Assembly: GCF_041146345.1 (NCBI RefSeq)
Contig: NW_027191402.1
Span: 310,001 to 374,000, forward strand
Direction: 5' to 3'
DNA from: Neodothiora populina
Lineage: Eukaryota
Length of the DNA stretch: 64,000 nt
In this document: piece after piece, positions 24,547 through 37,220 of the stretch
How the letters are laid out: every line of letters starts with the position of its first letter
Numbering within the stretch: position 1 is the stretch's first letter
The notes under the pieces: model-generated
Told to the model about the DNA's origin: nothing
What the model saw: only the letters and a program-made list of their open reading frames with translations
Databases searched by the model: none
Made by a program: the position numbers and the translations under genes

Positions 24547-26299
24547 AGCGCCTCGCAGTTTTGTCGTAGATTATTATGTAGATGTAAAAAGACAGGCCGG
24601 AAGGTCAAGGGTTGGGTCTGTCAAGTCAGTGCCAGCGGGGAAGAGGCGCGCTGCAGTATGTGGGCTGGGGGCCGTGACAGTAAATCACTCCCGGTCCAGG
24701 CAGGCAGGAGACAGGGCAGGACACTTTCCAAGGAGAGTCAAGTGAAATGGCAACCGGTGGAAAAAGTAAGAACCAGGGCTATTATTCTCTCTCACAATAC
24801 ACAGACTGGATGATCCTCGAGTCCTGCGGAGGTCACGAAATACCACGGTAAGGAAGGATGGTTCGGCCTTGGGCAGCTTTTTCCCTTCCAGAGAGCGGTG
24901 CGAATGTGTTTCCCTGATGGCCTTGGCTCCTTCCAGAAACAATGGAGAAACGCCTTGTTTTTGCCTTCCTTGCAGGAGTGGAAAAGGGCAAGAAGCAGGT
25001 AAAGTGCAGTGCAGTCCTGTGTGGCAAGCTGTCACCTGGCAATCAGTGATGTGATGGGATTATGGTGTTGAAGGCAGCCTCGGCCTTTGCGTAGAGGGAA
25101 AGAGTGTAAAGGATGCGACGTAGGGGTGGTTCAAAGACAAACAAGGCTGTCGGGTGCACTGCAGCTGACACGCTAAATGAAGCCTCTTCTGGTGATGATT
25201 GGACTGTTTACTCGTCACGCCAGCGGTTGGGCTATGGACAGAAATGGCCAGGGCGAGCGAATGTCGTAGAGAATGAGGCTGAAATGGCAGAGTAGTTGGC
25301 AAGAGCGAACCAAGTCTTGTTTGTGCTCCGCCGATCCAGATGGTGGGGCTTGCTGCTGACAAGCCCGTCGGGCCCTTATCCAGAGCCCGAACGAGTAGTG
25401 TGGTCGAGGTCAATCACAAGCCCCTCGACAGGTACCGTCCAACTAGATGTCAAAGATATGCCGGTCCTACACTACTACCTTACCTTGTGCTTGGTACCTT
25501 GCTGTCTTATGGGGCACGTATAACACTACTACATATCTTGTCGTGTTCGAGAATGCTCCGAAACTCGAACTGTCTGTCTACTTATCGACCGTGAGGCCCC
25601 ACTTCCACATATTTCTATCACTTTTTGTTCGCACGGGCAAATCATGTCACAAGCATTTGGTTTTGTACTTTCTCTCACATGCCGTGGCAGCACATATTGG
25701 GCGCACCTGGTCGTGTACCCTGACGTGGCAGCCCTCACAGCGTATGCAAGTGAGCTTTGAGTTGGGCAGCAATGCCTGACCACAACGCGCACCTTACCAC
25801 CCTCTCCGCGTTACATTTTGGCCGAGTACCGTTGTCTTCGCCTTACCTTCTCCTGAAGCTTCCCGAGCATTCGCATACAACATCGGTCAAGCGTACCATA
25901 ATACTCTAGCACCTCGAATCTCCATTATTGCAGTAGCATCTAAGAGACTTGGCGGCTGTATATTGTTCTTTGGGTTCTATACTACTGTGGGTAGCCTAGT
26001 GCTGCCCGCACGTCTCCATTGGTGTCAACTGCAGCTAGCAAGACCGAAATTCAACGCCCAATCCCATTGACTATAACTCAATATTGCATTAAAGACTACG
26101 CTAGTTGCCTTCCATTCTCACCGAAAGACGAAACTCGGCTACTGCTGTGAAAGTAAGGCCCAGTAAATCCGTTGGCTGTGTTGCCTGAGGCAATGGCCAA
26201 GTGAACACCGTGGTAATGTAGAAGAAAAAAGCCATAACCGACGCCGTCTATGTATTCATAACCCAGTGAACGCCATCCACTATTCATCCGTGTCTCCGC

Positions 26300-28746
26300 C
26301 TATCCCATAAGACCTCTCGAGAATCCCATGTATTGCTCTAGGTTGAAACAGTACTGCATGAATTTCTGAGAGTTCATTGGCCACATCCAAACCCCTTGGT
26401 CGCGAAGTGACACCAGGTACTCGCGCGTGGACTCGTTTGCCCCCAGCCAAGTGCGTCTCTCGTTCATGGTAGAAAAGAGAAGCATAAGTACGACGATTAC
26501 CAAAGCTGCCACGGACCAGAATGTTGGCACCGAAGGAGTCAAGGCTTCCCTGATCGAAGATGGTTCGGGACGAGTGGTGTTCGATTTCGCTTCTTCCACC
26601 TTCGGCCCATCCTGAAACACTGTTTGAAGTGGTAGGTTTTGTGGGACTTGTTGACTCTGGTCTCCACTGTGCTGCTCCCGAACGGGGCCGCTTTCGTTAT
26701 CCACATGGTCTTGAGGCCGTGCTTGATGTGGTGGTGATCCTTCATGGCCTTCCTGCTCATGCCCGTCATGCTCCACCTCTCGCTGCTGCTCCTCTGCCTC
26801 AGCCGGCTTCGGTTCGGTCGGCGTTGGCTCTACAGCCTTTGGCTGACTGTCCTCTGTAGTCTCTGGGTCGGCTGGCGGGTCATCGTCCGAAAACTCTTGC
26901 TCTGTAGGCTCATCGCTGATTTGAGCACTTGTGTCGGCGATTGGCAATGCTGCTTCGCTTTCTGGGGCGTGGATCTCATCGTCGTGAGCCTCATCTGGAA
27001 ACTCAGATGCATGGGCACGGAGGTGATCGAGCACAAGGCCAAGTCCATGATCGCTGACGTCCTCGCCGACATCTTCGCTGAGGTCCTCACCAATCTCGTC
27101 GCTGATGTCCTCACTGATGCCCTCGCCAAATTCCTCACCGGCCTCATCTAGTCCACCCTCGTCTTGTCCGTAGTCCTCTTCCTCTTCGTCTTCGTCATCA
27201 AAACTGTCATTGTCGTCACCGAGCTCATCAGCCAGACTAGTGCTCCTGGCTTTCGGAGGACGGAGACTGGACGGAGGCGCATGGTGTTCCTCTTGCCATT
27301 CGGAGAGGACGTCACGAAGGGCTTCGGGACTGAGGTCGTTATCAATCTCAAAGAACTCTTTGAGGACGTCGTACATGTCGAGGAGCTGGTTACGCTCCAC
27401 CTCGAGGGTACCAACTTCGTTCATGATGCGTGCGGTCTCATCTTCGCGCTCTTTCAAAGTGTGTTCGAGGACAATGCTGAGTTTGCCGGCTTCGTGGCGT
27501 TGTCTCTCACTGCGTCCTAGCTCTGTCTGGATCTGCAGTGCTTGTTGCTGTGAGGTCGCTAGATCGCGTTTGAGAGAAGCGATGGTGTCTTCGTTCTTCT
27601 TGATCTGAGCAGCATTGTTGGGCAGGAGCTCCTTGGCCTTCTCTTCCTCGAGCTCCTTCTGGAGCTTCTCCATCAATGAATTGGTGTTGTCGTGTTCATT
27701 CTTCGTCTTGGTGAGTTCGTCCCTGAGCTTCTTCGCTTCGGCTTCGACTCTGTCGACATGGGCCTGCAGCTCGCCATTCTGCTCATAGTAGGCATTGTTC
27801 GAGCTGTCGAGGTCGTCGATCTTCTTCTCCAGAATCACCGCCTTGTCTCTCTCGCCGTCAGCACGTTTGTTGGCCTCGTCTGTCTGCTTCTTCTGCTCGA
27901 CCAAGTCGGCCTCGAGACTCGCAATCTTGAGCTTTGGTTCTTCCATGATGGCATCGGTGGTGATTTTGATGAGAGGATCGACGTGGGTGGTGAGGAAAGG
28001 AGAGCGATTTTGATCCCTGTACGGAGGCCATGGTCAGTATGCGTTCTTTGTGTCTCAAGTCTTTGTTGTTCATTGCTTAATTGCATTTAATTACGGAATG
28101 AAGCCGCCTCCACATCATCTGCCTCCGCATCTGTCACTTACGCTTCGGGATTAGTCGCGGGAGCTGCCGAGGAACGGAAGAGACCGCCGCCGCTACCGCT
28201 ACCGTTGCCGCTGCTGTTGCTGCTGCTGCTGCTGATGCCGAATAGCGTTGTTGGAAGAGTGGAAGGCTTAGGGCCTGCGTTGAACGCAAAAGTCACTGGG
28301 CGTGGAGGAGGAGGTGGTGCGACGGTACGGAGAGGGGCAAACTTGGGAACGAAGATGGGGCGGCCAGCACTGTTGAATTTCTGTTGTGGTTGCTGATGCT
28401 GCTGCTCTCCTGAGGGTTGCCGCTCTGCTGGTCGTGGTTGTTGCTGTTGCTGCTCTGCTGGTGGTTCTTCTTGTGGTTGCTGCTCTGTTATTGGTGGCTC
28501 TCTACCTCGCTTCCTCTGTTGTTGTTGTTGCTGCTGCTTCCCTGAAGATTGCTGCTCTGCTGGTGCTGGTGGTGGTGGTTGCTGTTGCTGCTCTGCTGAT
28601 GGTTCTTCTTGTGGTTGCTGCTCTGTCAATGGTGGCTCTTTACCTCTCTTCTTCTGTTGCTGCTTCTGCGCCTCCTCCTGCTGGCGTTGCAGGGCCAGCC
28701 TGCGTCGCTCCTGTTCGTTCTTTGCCAACTGCTTTCGAGACAACAT
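26300..28746 (-). CDS. Hypothetical Q-rich / coiled-coil / acidic protein with a C-terminal TM; exons 28746-28142, 28016-26300
   Basis: A GTAAGT..CTGAC..CAG intron (28141-28017) joins the 220-aa and 548-aa ORFs in frame (GC|G = Ala). Confidence 0.75.
28442..28663. repeat. Intragenic direct duplication, 138-nt (46-aa) period
   Basis: 28442-28525 and 28580-28663 are near-identical and encode KRG(K/R)EPP(L/I)TEQQPQEEP(S/P)AEQQQQ twice. Confidence 0.9.
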
Positions 28747-29549
28747 TTTCGATGCGGTACGAATATGAAGAGGAAATGAGTCTACAGCAACGGTAATCAC
28801 TTTGATATACCCACTCTTTTTCTATTGATGTTATTGTCATTGTACCATTCTATTGTTACTATTCTACGTATTGGTCCCGACAAACGGATGACTGACAGTA
28901 GTAGCAATCAATTGACCGCTTCACCAAGAGCTCCACCACAGTCTACACCTCACTTCAGACACTGTGTAGACAGCCATGTTCGCAAATGCAAGCACTATGG
29001 ATTATTGAGGCATTTCGTCCATGATCAATACCTACTGATAGAGTCTCAAAGCTGAAATTGATCTAAGCGCCCATTGTTCAGTCGATGAAGCGACAGTGTA
29101 CACTGAAGTGGTATGTCTCTGTGTTGTGAAACCTCTGGACGCTTGCAATCTGAAGCTTGCAATCTTAGCCAAGCAAATTAAAGACCTTGAGCATCTAATG
29201 CTACAGGTCTGGCCCGCCATCGAGCATCTTGCTGCCCCAATCTCGCGTGTCGTACGCTGTCCACTAAAAATAGCTCAGGAAGCCTTGGATCAGTGGTTTA
29301 TCTTCTCTCTGCAATGCCGATGATTGGGTGGTGTCAGCCTCATGCCCTCCACAACCTAGAGTCTGTCTTCTAACAATTGGTGCAGAGGGTCATGCATGAG
29401 CTCATCTCACGCATGCGCTTACGATACAAATACATGTATGCATTCGCTAGTGGTAAGCATAGCTAGACTCACTCATATGTTTCTTACATCTAGCTCGCAT
29501 TTTGTAGGTTTTGCTTTTCTTCTTGCTCTATTATACAGAACCTCTCAAA

Positions 29550-30743
29550 ATGCTGTTTCTTCTATGCTTGTCACTCGCACTGAATTTGGGTGTTGTGAGT
29601 GCTCACACAGTCATAACATATCCTGGATGGCGTGGTATGTGATGAGATGCCTTTCCTAGATCAAGTCATGATCCTCACAGTCATGCCACAGGAAATAACC
29701 TGATCACAAATGGCACATTGCCCGAGCATGATCCTTCAGCTCTTGGGGAGAACTATGTAGACGGTTCATATACCTTTCCATACGGGTGAGTAGTGATTCC
29801 GCTCATGAGAGACCCAACTGGATGAACATTTTCCAGCATGCAGTGGATGTATCCTTGTAGGTATTTCATCCGTATCTTTTTCAGGTCAGATACTAATACG
29901 AAAGAAGGTGGTGGCATGCCCACAAGTACCAACCGGTAAGAACCAGCACTGTCTTCTCAATCAAGCAGATGTCACTAATTCACGTGTAGGAGTTTATGGC
30001 CCGTCACTGGCGGCGCGTTGGCACTACAACCCGGCTGGTTTCCTGGTAAGACCGAACTTCTGCACGACGAAGGAACAACAACAGTTATTGACCCATGATC
30101 AGGACACCAAGAAGCCAAATTCTACGTGAACATAGGTATCAATGGACCAGGAGAAGCCGGTATGCTAGCCCACGAAACCACATGTAGAAGTTGAGCGGCT
30201 ACTGAAACCCTCCATCCAGCACCACCCAACATGTCACATAACGTCGTACCCGCCTTCTCCATCCGAGGGCCCATAAACCAGCAATACGACGGCACGATCT
30301 GCCTGCCTCAGGTGCCCCTTGTGCCCAATGTCACTTTCAGCATCGGTGACAACCTCACGATACAAGTCATTGAACTTGCGCAGCATGGGGCGGCGATATA
30401 CAACGTAAATATCTACTCTCTGTCCAGGGCGTTCAGATGGCGATATATACCTTGTGCTGACATGAGTCTCCCTGCAGTGCGCTGATGTAACGTTGGCAGA
30501 CCCGGCCGATGTGCCAGCGGTCAACTCGTCGAATTGCTTCAATTCCAGTGATATCGGATTTCAGGTATGTCAAAGATGGCGAAATGTTTCATCCGGTCCA
30601 GACTGTAAGGATGCTGACTCCAATCATAGCTTGTCTTTACTACCACCAGTCTTTCTGCAGCTGTTCCTCAAGTGACGCTGCCCACGCTGGGATGGACTCT
30701 CACGTGCATGCTTGCCATCTTATTCGCGGCAGTGAGCTGGTAA
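29550..30743 (+). CDS. GPI-anchored secreted protein (Bim1/copper-acquisition-factor-like domain), about 9 exons
   Basis: Signal peptide followed by H-TVITYPGWRG, then PYGMQWMYPCGG, WPVTGGALALQPGW, CLPQVP, ATIQV-like, YNCADVT and a hydrophobic C-terminus. Eight GT-AG introns. The Bim1-like call rests on the N-terminal His and recalled motifs. Confidence 0.8.
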
Positions 30744-31033
30744 TTGAGTGAGCACTACGGCATGCAGGAAACAAATCAAATGATATGGATCATACCATTT
30801 GCATTGACGCCCGATACTGGACAGGGTCGCCCTATCATCAGATATCGGGCTGGACGTGCTTTCATTCGTTGATCATATATATCATGCGTTATTTCATGGC
30901 AATCAGCTCAATTGCAGCCGAATTTATATGTGTATTATGCTGTAGGAGATCATGCTAGTCGTATCTTTGGTGTGTTCTCTTACTATTTCCAGACTTTTGC
31001 AGAAAGTGCCTGAAACTCATATCATCAAAACGT

Positions 31034-32886
31034 TCATTGCTCAATCAGCACCAAGAGCAATCTCATCCTAGCAGCGCTCATCTCCAGAACCTCAGCAGCG
31101 TGCTGGTCCTCGACGCCCCTCTCGACCCTCTTCCTCCTCGTCCCTGAACCGGCCGCTTTGTCTCGCCGCGCCTGGATCCCCAGCTCGAGATTCCGCTTCA
31201 ACGACACGCTTATTTGCAGATCTAGATGGCGCAAGAGCAGTCTCAGTAAGCCCTCTATGAGGATACTCACGCGTGCGTTCTCGATCAGACTGGCGTAGTT
31301 GGATGGGAAGGGCAAGTAATGCTTCTCGAATGCTTCCTGCGTCATAGTCATCGCCTTGAACGTGGGCGCGTCGGACGAGATGAGGGGTTGGAGCAGAGTC
31401 TGGTTCAATGTAGCTTGAGCGTGAGGCTCTAGGTATGGCGTGGTGGGCAGTGTGAACTGGACGAAAATCCGTAGTGGTAAAGGTCGGAGAGACTCGGTGT
31501 AGAGATCTAGTAGGCTGTCTGTATCCAGGAATGCTGATCTGTCGTACGAGCTGAGTTTGACTAGCTGGGGGAATTGTCAGTCTGCGTGCGTGGTGATAGA
31601 GCTTTGTTATGGAGGGAATGTTACCAGTGCCATGAATCGCTGCCGTAGTAGGATTGACTCTATACCACCAAATTCATTGCTTGTACTGGTGGATGCGTCT
31701 GCAGCATCAGTCTTTGTGGGAGACGAGTCCGAGAGAGTCCGCTTTCGTGTCGCGGAAGCAGACTGCAGGGGAGGTGCTAGGGTGTTGCTTTTTTCATCTT
31801 GCCCCTCGTCGTCGTCGTCATCGTCCACATCGAGGTAGTCGCCGAAATCACCTTCTGCGACATTGAGTCTTTGTCTCTTGGACGTGAACTCTTCCTTTGG
31901 CAGATTCACGCCTTTGGTCTCGTTCTTCCAGACTTCGCCGAATCCGGCCGTATTTTTCTTCGTACCGTCTGCTAAGATCGCTCGCATGATTTTCCGTTTG
32001 CCCGTTCGGCCTTCTCCTGCTGTGCGTAGGTAGACAGCTAACAGCGTACTCGACGTACTGGAATCGGACGCGGACCTTAGCTTTTCATTCTTCGACTCGC
32101 TGTCTGCTTGGCTTTCAGATGCAGATATGCTAGCCTCTAGATCGTCTTCCATGACATCAAGCATGAAGGTGAGCCACAGTTTCCATCTCTCCCATCGTTC
32201 CGGAAAACATGTCGAGGTGTTGAACGCCCACCCGACGACTTGCCAGAAGTCCTCTGCTGCACTCCACAGAGAAGCATGATTTGCAAGACCGATACGGAGG
32301 CTGCCATGATCGTCGTCCTCATCGTGCGCATCCTGTTGATGAGTCCGTCGCCGTCCCTGACGCGTCTGACTCGTCGCTCCAAAGTCAAAAGACGCGGCGA
32401 AGTGAGGACAAGCAGGACCCACGAGTGCTCTCAGATGGTTCAGATAGAATAGTGCATCGTTCGATGCTTGTGACTGTTCTTGAGAACGAGCACGGTTTGT
32501 CACCGAGGGATGCACGATCAACGTCGCTGCAAGAGCGATGATTTGTGATGAAGGCACATAAGCGTGGAGAGGTTGTTTATTGTCATCATCATCATCATCA
32601 TCAATATCCGCACCGGCAAGCAGAAGGTTCAATAAAAGAGAAAAGGCTTGGGAGTCTGCTCATTATTAGAGACTTCCCAGTAAATACTTCATGAATAGAG
32701 AATGACTGTACATAATTCTTCTTCTATGAACGTGACACAGTGCTGATTCAACTCGTATGGAAGAGGACGAGCAGGACGATATCGTCTTTGATTCTTGCTT
32801 ACTGACGCGACCTCGCTAAGTTGTGACAGAGGTTCTGGGTCGCCACCTGGCTGCGACGAGAGCAGATACGACGGACTGATAGCCAT
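31034..32886 (-). CDS. Conserved fungal hypothetical protein; exons 32886-32712, 32655-31625, 31564-31034
   Basis: Three ORFs are joined in frame by GT-AG introns. Motifs include PLPYEL, ATLIVHP, AEDFWQVVGWAFN and WERWKLWL. Confidence 0.75.
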
Positions 32887-33288
32887 ATGGAAGTGCTATT
32901 GATCACAAAATGTCAACGTCATCAGAGTAAACATACACCAGCGTGGACTGAATCGAGGTTTATCTTCGATGGTCATGGACGCGTTGACCGCGTCGCTTCG
33001 CAAGCCGACACTCGGTTTGACGTCAAACCACTTCCGGACTTTGTACTGCAGCTTGGGCTCCACAGACGTACACCGCTCACTGCACAACACTCTCTGTGGT
33101 TGGCCTCGTGACCGGCAATAAGTACATAGCAGTTGGCCATGATATAGCGACCTATTGTACATAACACGGGCAACTGATCATCTTCGAAGAATTGTCAAAT
33201 CCCCTCATGGTAACCTTTATTCCTAGCGAGGCCTGCGATATCTTTACCCAATCATACCCCCTCTGATATCCTATCGTGGTCTCTCATA

Positions 33289-34698
33289 ATGAGGACTCAA
33301 CTACGACGAATAAATGCCTCGAATTGGCAAAAACTCAAGGAACACCCTCTGTCTGAACTCTCAGGAGCACTGGGTGATCTAGGCACACTGCTACCACTTC
33401 TGATCGCACTGACTCTTACGGGTTCTATTTCTCTACCGGCTACCTTGGTCTTCTCAGGACTAGCCAACATCATCACCGGAGTGGTCTTCGGCATCCCACT
33501 GCCTGTCCAGCCCATGAAAGCTATTGCCGCGGTAGCCATCAGCCAGTCCTACACCAAAGAACAAAATGTTGGCGCGGGGTTGTTCGTAGGTGGTGTTGTT
33601 CTCTTACTGAGTGCGTCTGGACTCCTACGCTGCTTCGGACGACTGGTCCCAGTCCCAGTGATTCGAGGCATACAGACAGGCGCTGGACTCAGCCTCGTCA
33701 TAGCAGGTGGCACATCGCTGCTCAAGCCGCTATCATGGATTGGACCATACTGGTCCGACAACTGGTGTTGGGCATGCGGAGCGTTTGCATTTTTACTATT
33801 CGCTACACTAGCCCCTCGAATACCCTACGCACTCATCGTCTTCGTCTTCGGTCTGATCCTCGCGGGAATACGACCCAGTGCCTCTCCCAATGACAGCAGC
33901 GCGACCAGCGGCTGGCAAGCATGGCATCCAGAAGTCACCGTGCCCTCGTGGCCCATCTTCCGACAAAGCGCTCTCGAGGCAGGTCTCCCTCAACTCCCAC
34001 TCACCACACTAAACAGCATCCTGGCCGTGACCTCGCTCTCGGCATCTCTATTCCCGACCTTCCCCGCGCCTCCATCGCTGACATCCCTGGGTTTCTCGGT
34101 CGGTCTCGCGAACCTGATCGGGTGCTGGTTCGGCGCCATGCCCGTGTGCCACGGCTCGGGCGGCCTGGCTGGGCAATACCGCTTCGGAGCGCGCTCGGGG
34201 GCGTCGGTCATTATCCTCGGTGCCGTCAAGGTGCTTTTAGGTCTCGTGGCAGGCGAGAGCATCATTCCTCTCTTACAGCGATTCCCCAAGAGTCTGTTGG
34301 GCATCATGGTCATTGCCGCTGGCATCGAGTTGGCTAAAGTGGGCCAGTCGGTGGAGGAAACGCAGGATCTGTGGGAGGAGGCGGAGCAGGAGAATGAGGA
34401 GTCTGATGACGACGATAGAGACAAGAGGCATAGACGACCTGGCGAGCAGGAGCGCAGGGATCGCTGGGCTGTTTTGCTTGTCACCGTCGCTGGGTGCTTG
34501 GCTTTCAAGAACGATGCTGTGGGCTTCATTGCTGGTATGGTCTGGCATTGGGGACTACAGGTACCGCACCGGATGCAACAGTTGCGACTTGGAAGGTTTG
34601 GACGCCTCACAAGGTTCTTTACTACATCTGAGCATCATTTCAATGATCGCGAACATGAAGCTCTGCTGGGTGGCGCTTCGAATTCCTCGAGTCAATAG
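33289..34698 (+). CDS. Molybdate transporter (MOT1/MFS_MOT1 family)
   Basis: ELSGALGDLGT, PLPVQPMKAIAAVA and FGAMPVCHGSGGLAGQYRFGARSG signature motifs, with many TMs. Confidence 0.9.
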   Translation: MRTQLRRINASNWQKLKEHPLSELSGALGDLGTLLPLLIALTLTGSISLPATLVFSGLANIITGVVFGIPLPVQPMKAIAAVAISQSYTKEQNVGAGLFVGGVVLLLSASGLLRCFGRLVPVPVIRGIQTGAGLSLVIAGGTSLLKPLSWIGPYWSDNWCWACGAFAFLLFATLAPRIPYALIVFVFGLILAGIRPSASPNDSSATSGWQAWHPEVTVPSWPIFRQSALEAGLPQLPLTTLNSILAVTSLSASLFPTFPAPPSLTSLGFSVGLANLIGCWFGAMPVCHGSGGLAGQYRFGARSGASVIILGAVKVLLGLVAGESIIPLLQRFPKSLLGIMVIAAGIELAKVGQSVEETQDLWEEAEQENEESDDDDRDKRHRRPGEQERRDRWAVLLVTVAGCLAFKNDAVGFIAGMVWHWGLQVPHRMQQLRLGRFGRLTRFFTTSEHHFNDREHEALLGGASNSSSQ

Positions 34699-34972
34699 CA
34701 TAGCATGATACGTGCAGAGACGGACTAGAATGATTCAGATGATCTTTCATGGCGCAGCGCAACTTTGGGATGTTACGTGACGCTTCTGAAATGCAATGGA
34801 GCTGCCGACAGAGTCCCCATTTGACTTTATGCTCTCTTTTACGGCAGCTGAAAAGTAGTGCGAAAAACACATCTGATCGTGTGCTTAGTATGCGATGGAG
34901 GGCACAATAAATCGAAAAGGCGGCAGCATTACCGCTCCCCGGATTGTCCTTTCCGTTCTGCTCCATTACCCC

Positions 34973-37101
34973 CTATATGTCGATATCGATCCCGAGATCT
35001 ATCGAGCCCATCACTTCGTCGTCCATTGCCTTCTTCCTGAAGATGCCCACTTTCTTCGCCCCATTGGCGGGCGTACTGGTGCCAGGTGTGCCTATTTCAG
35101 GAGTTCCGCTTCCGTTCAAGGGAGTACCCGTACGACTGATGTCGCTGGCGTCGCCAAAGAGATCGTCGTTGGGATGAAGGAGCTTGTTCTTTGCTGCCTC
35201 GGCGGCGTCTGCCTCACGCTTTCTTGCTTTGGCGATAGCCTCGTCTCTGGCTTTTTGCTGGGCGCGCTTCTCGGCAATTTGAGCTTTGCGGACCTCCTCA
35301 CTGTTGGCCTTTCGATTCGCTTTATTGAGTGCGGCCAGACGCTCCTGCTGAACCGTGCCTTTGATTGTACCGTTCGATTTGGAGCCAGTCGTCATCTTCC
35401 CAGATGCACCACCATCCATGGCGGTTAACTCCTGGTTGAGTCTGGCAAGTGCCATATCGTCGCCTCTGGCGGCAGCTTCATCGCGACGCCTGACGATGGC
35501 CTCTCGGCCGTTCTTGGCGTATTTTGCGTTCAACGCTGCTCCGCGGTTGATCTTGTTCTGGATGTCTTGTTCCGTCCAGTTGTGGTCGAGCAAGGCGTGA
35601 ATGTCGTCGAGCTTTGCGTTGAGGAAGCGCTTTTGAGGAAGACGGAGATTATCAGTCGCAAGAGCCTGCTTGTAACGCTCGAATTCCGAAGGGGTAAATC
35701 TTGAGTCGGAACAGGCGGTGAAAGGCCAGTCCTTCTCCTGCTTGCCGTGTGCGAGGATGACGCGTTGGTCAATGGCGAAGGGCTTTCCGTGCGGACCTTC
35801 CATGTGATAAGGCTTGACTTCAAGGAAACCTGATACACGTCAGACATGTGAGCGAGCAAGGCTCGATCGTGGGACAAGAGTCCGATCAGACAAGACAGGC
35901 AGGAGAGGATGAGTGCGTACCTTTGATCTGCGCCATTCTATACTGCGGTTCACCGCTTTCCTTGTTGATGCCTATACTTACACGGCAGAAGCAGCCCTTG
36001 ATGGCAGACTCAAAGGTTGGGTAGAGGCAGACCTTGGCGAAGTTGGAACGACCAACACGAACACGCTCGAAGTCCCTAAGGTCAGGAAGGGGCTCTTCGC
36101 GAGTGCGGGTGGGCTTGACATCGTCCCACTCAACTTCGCTCTCGCCGTCAGCGTCGCGGTCCGAATCGACGTGGTCTCGCGAAGGGGAGGGCAGGTCTCG
36201 TCGTCTCTCTTCGCCCCTGGCCTTTTGGTCGCTCTTCAGCTGCCTCTGCTCTTTGTATTTGTCCAATGCCGGATTGAGACTGCGCTTTGCCCTGGATGCA
36301 CGAGAATCATCGGTGATGCCAGCGGCCTCTCCACTGCGTTTTCGGCTCTTCTGTTGCGCAGCTTCCTCGCGGCGACGTTGTTGGAGAATGCGCTTCAGTT
36401 GCTGGTCCTGCGCTCTCTTCTCGACCTGGTGAGCACGCTCGGCAAGAATCTCCTCCCTCTCAATCTCGGTCATGGCCATGATGGTGCTGCGATCGGCTTC
36501 GGAGCGGAACTTGCCCTCGATGGGATAAAGTGGCGCATCATTGTCGATGTCTCCAGGAGAAGTGTCGGAGTCGGATTCGTCCATCGCCGCGGATCCAAGG
36601 GTGTCGGGTGAATTAGGGGACGATCTGTAGATCCAAATGTCAACTATCATGTCCCGACGAGGATGAAGCCATGACGGAGAGCGAGTCTAGAGTGTGTTTT
36701 GAAGAAGGTGCGAGAAAGTGGGGGAAGGGAGAGAAGGAGGGGTGCAGATGCTGATGGAAGGCCTGGGTGCCTGGACTGCAGTGGTGCAGTGCCCTGACTG
36801 TAGATGCGTGGGCGCCTTACCCTTCACCTTCCAACTCGTGTCCATCACTCTCATCCTGTGAGTCCGAATCATCTCCCCTCCTGCCATTGCGCTGTCTTGC
36901 ACCGGATCCTCGCGCTCCTCGCTTGACCTTCTGCGCCGTGCCGCGTGCAGGTGGTGATTTCTGCCTGGACTTGGCGCCTTGTCCTGCATTGTCGTGAGAA
37001 GGAGACCTGGCGCGACTCGATGGTTGCTCAACGTCCTCGTCGCCGGAGCTGTCGTCACCAGCGAGAGCTAGAAGCTCGGCATCCAATTCGTTGTCAGACA
37101 T
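34973..37101 (-). CDS. RTF1: RNA polymerase-associated protein Rtf1 (Paf1 complex, Plus3 domain); exons 37101-36821, 36624-35921, 35829-34973
   Basis: LDAELLALAG, YPIEGKF..EIEREEILAER (histone-modification domain) and the Plus3 segment GCFCRVSIG..YRMAQI. Confidence 0.92.
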
Positions 37102-37127
37102 GACGGGCTAGTGTTCAGTGGGTAGCA

Positions 37128-37220
37128 AAGAAGAAGAAGAAGAAGAAGAAGAAGAAGAAGAAGAAGAAGAAGAAGAAGAAGAAGAAGAAGAAGAAGAAGA
37201 AGAAGAAGAAGAAGAAGAAG
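37128..37220. repeat. (AAG)31 perfect microsatellite immediately upstream of the RTF1 ATG
   Basis: Read directly from the sequence. Confidence 0.95.
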
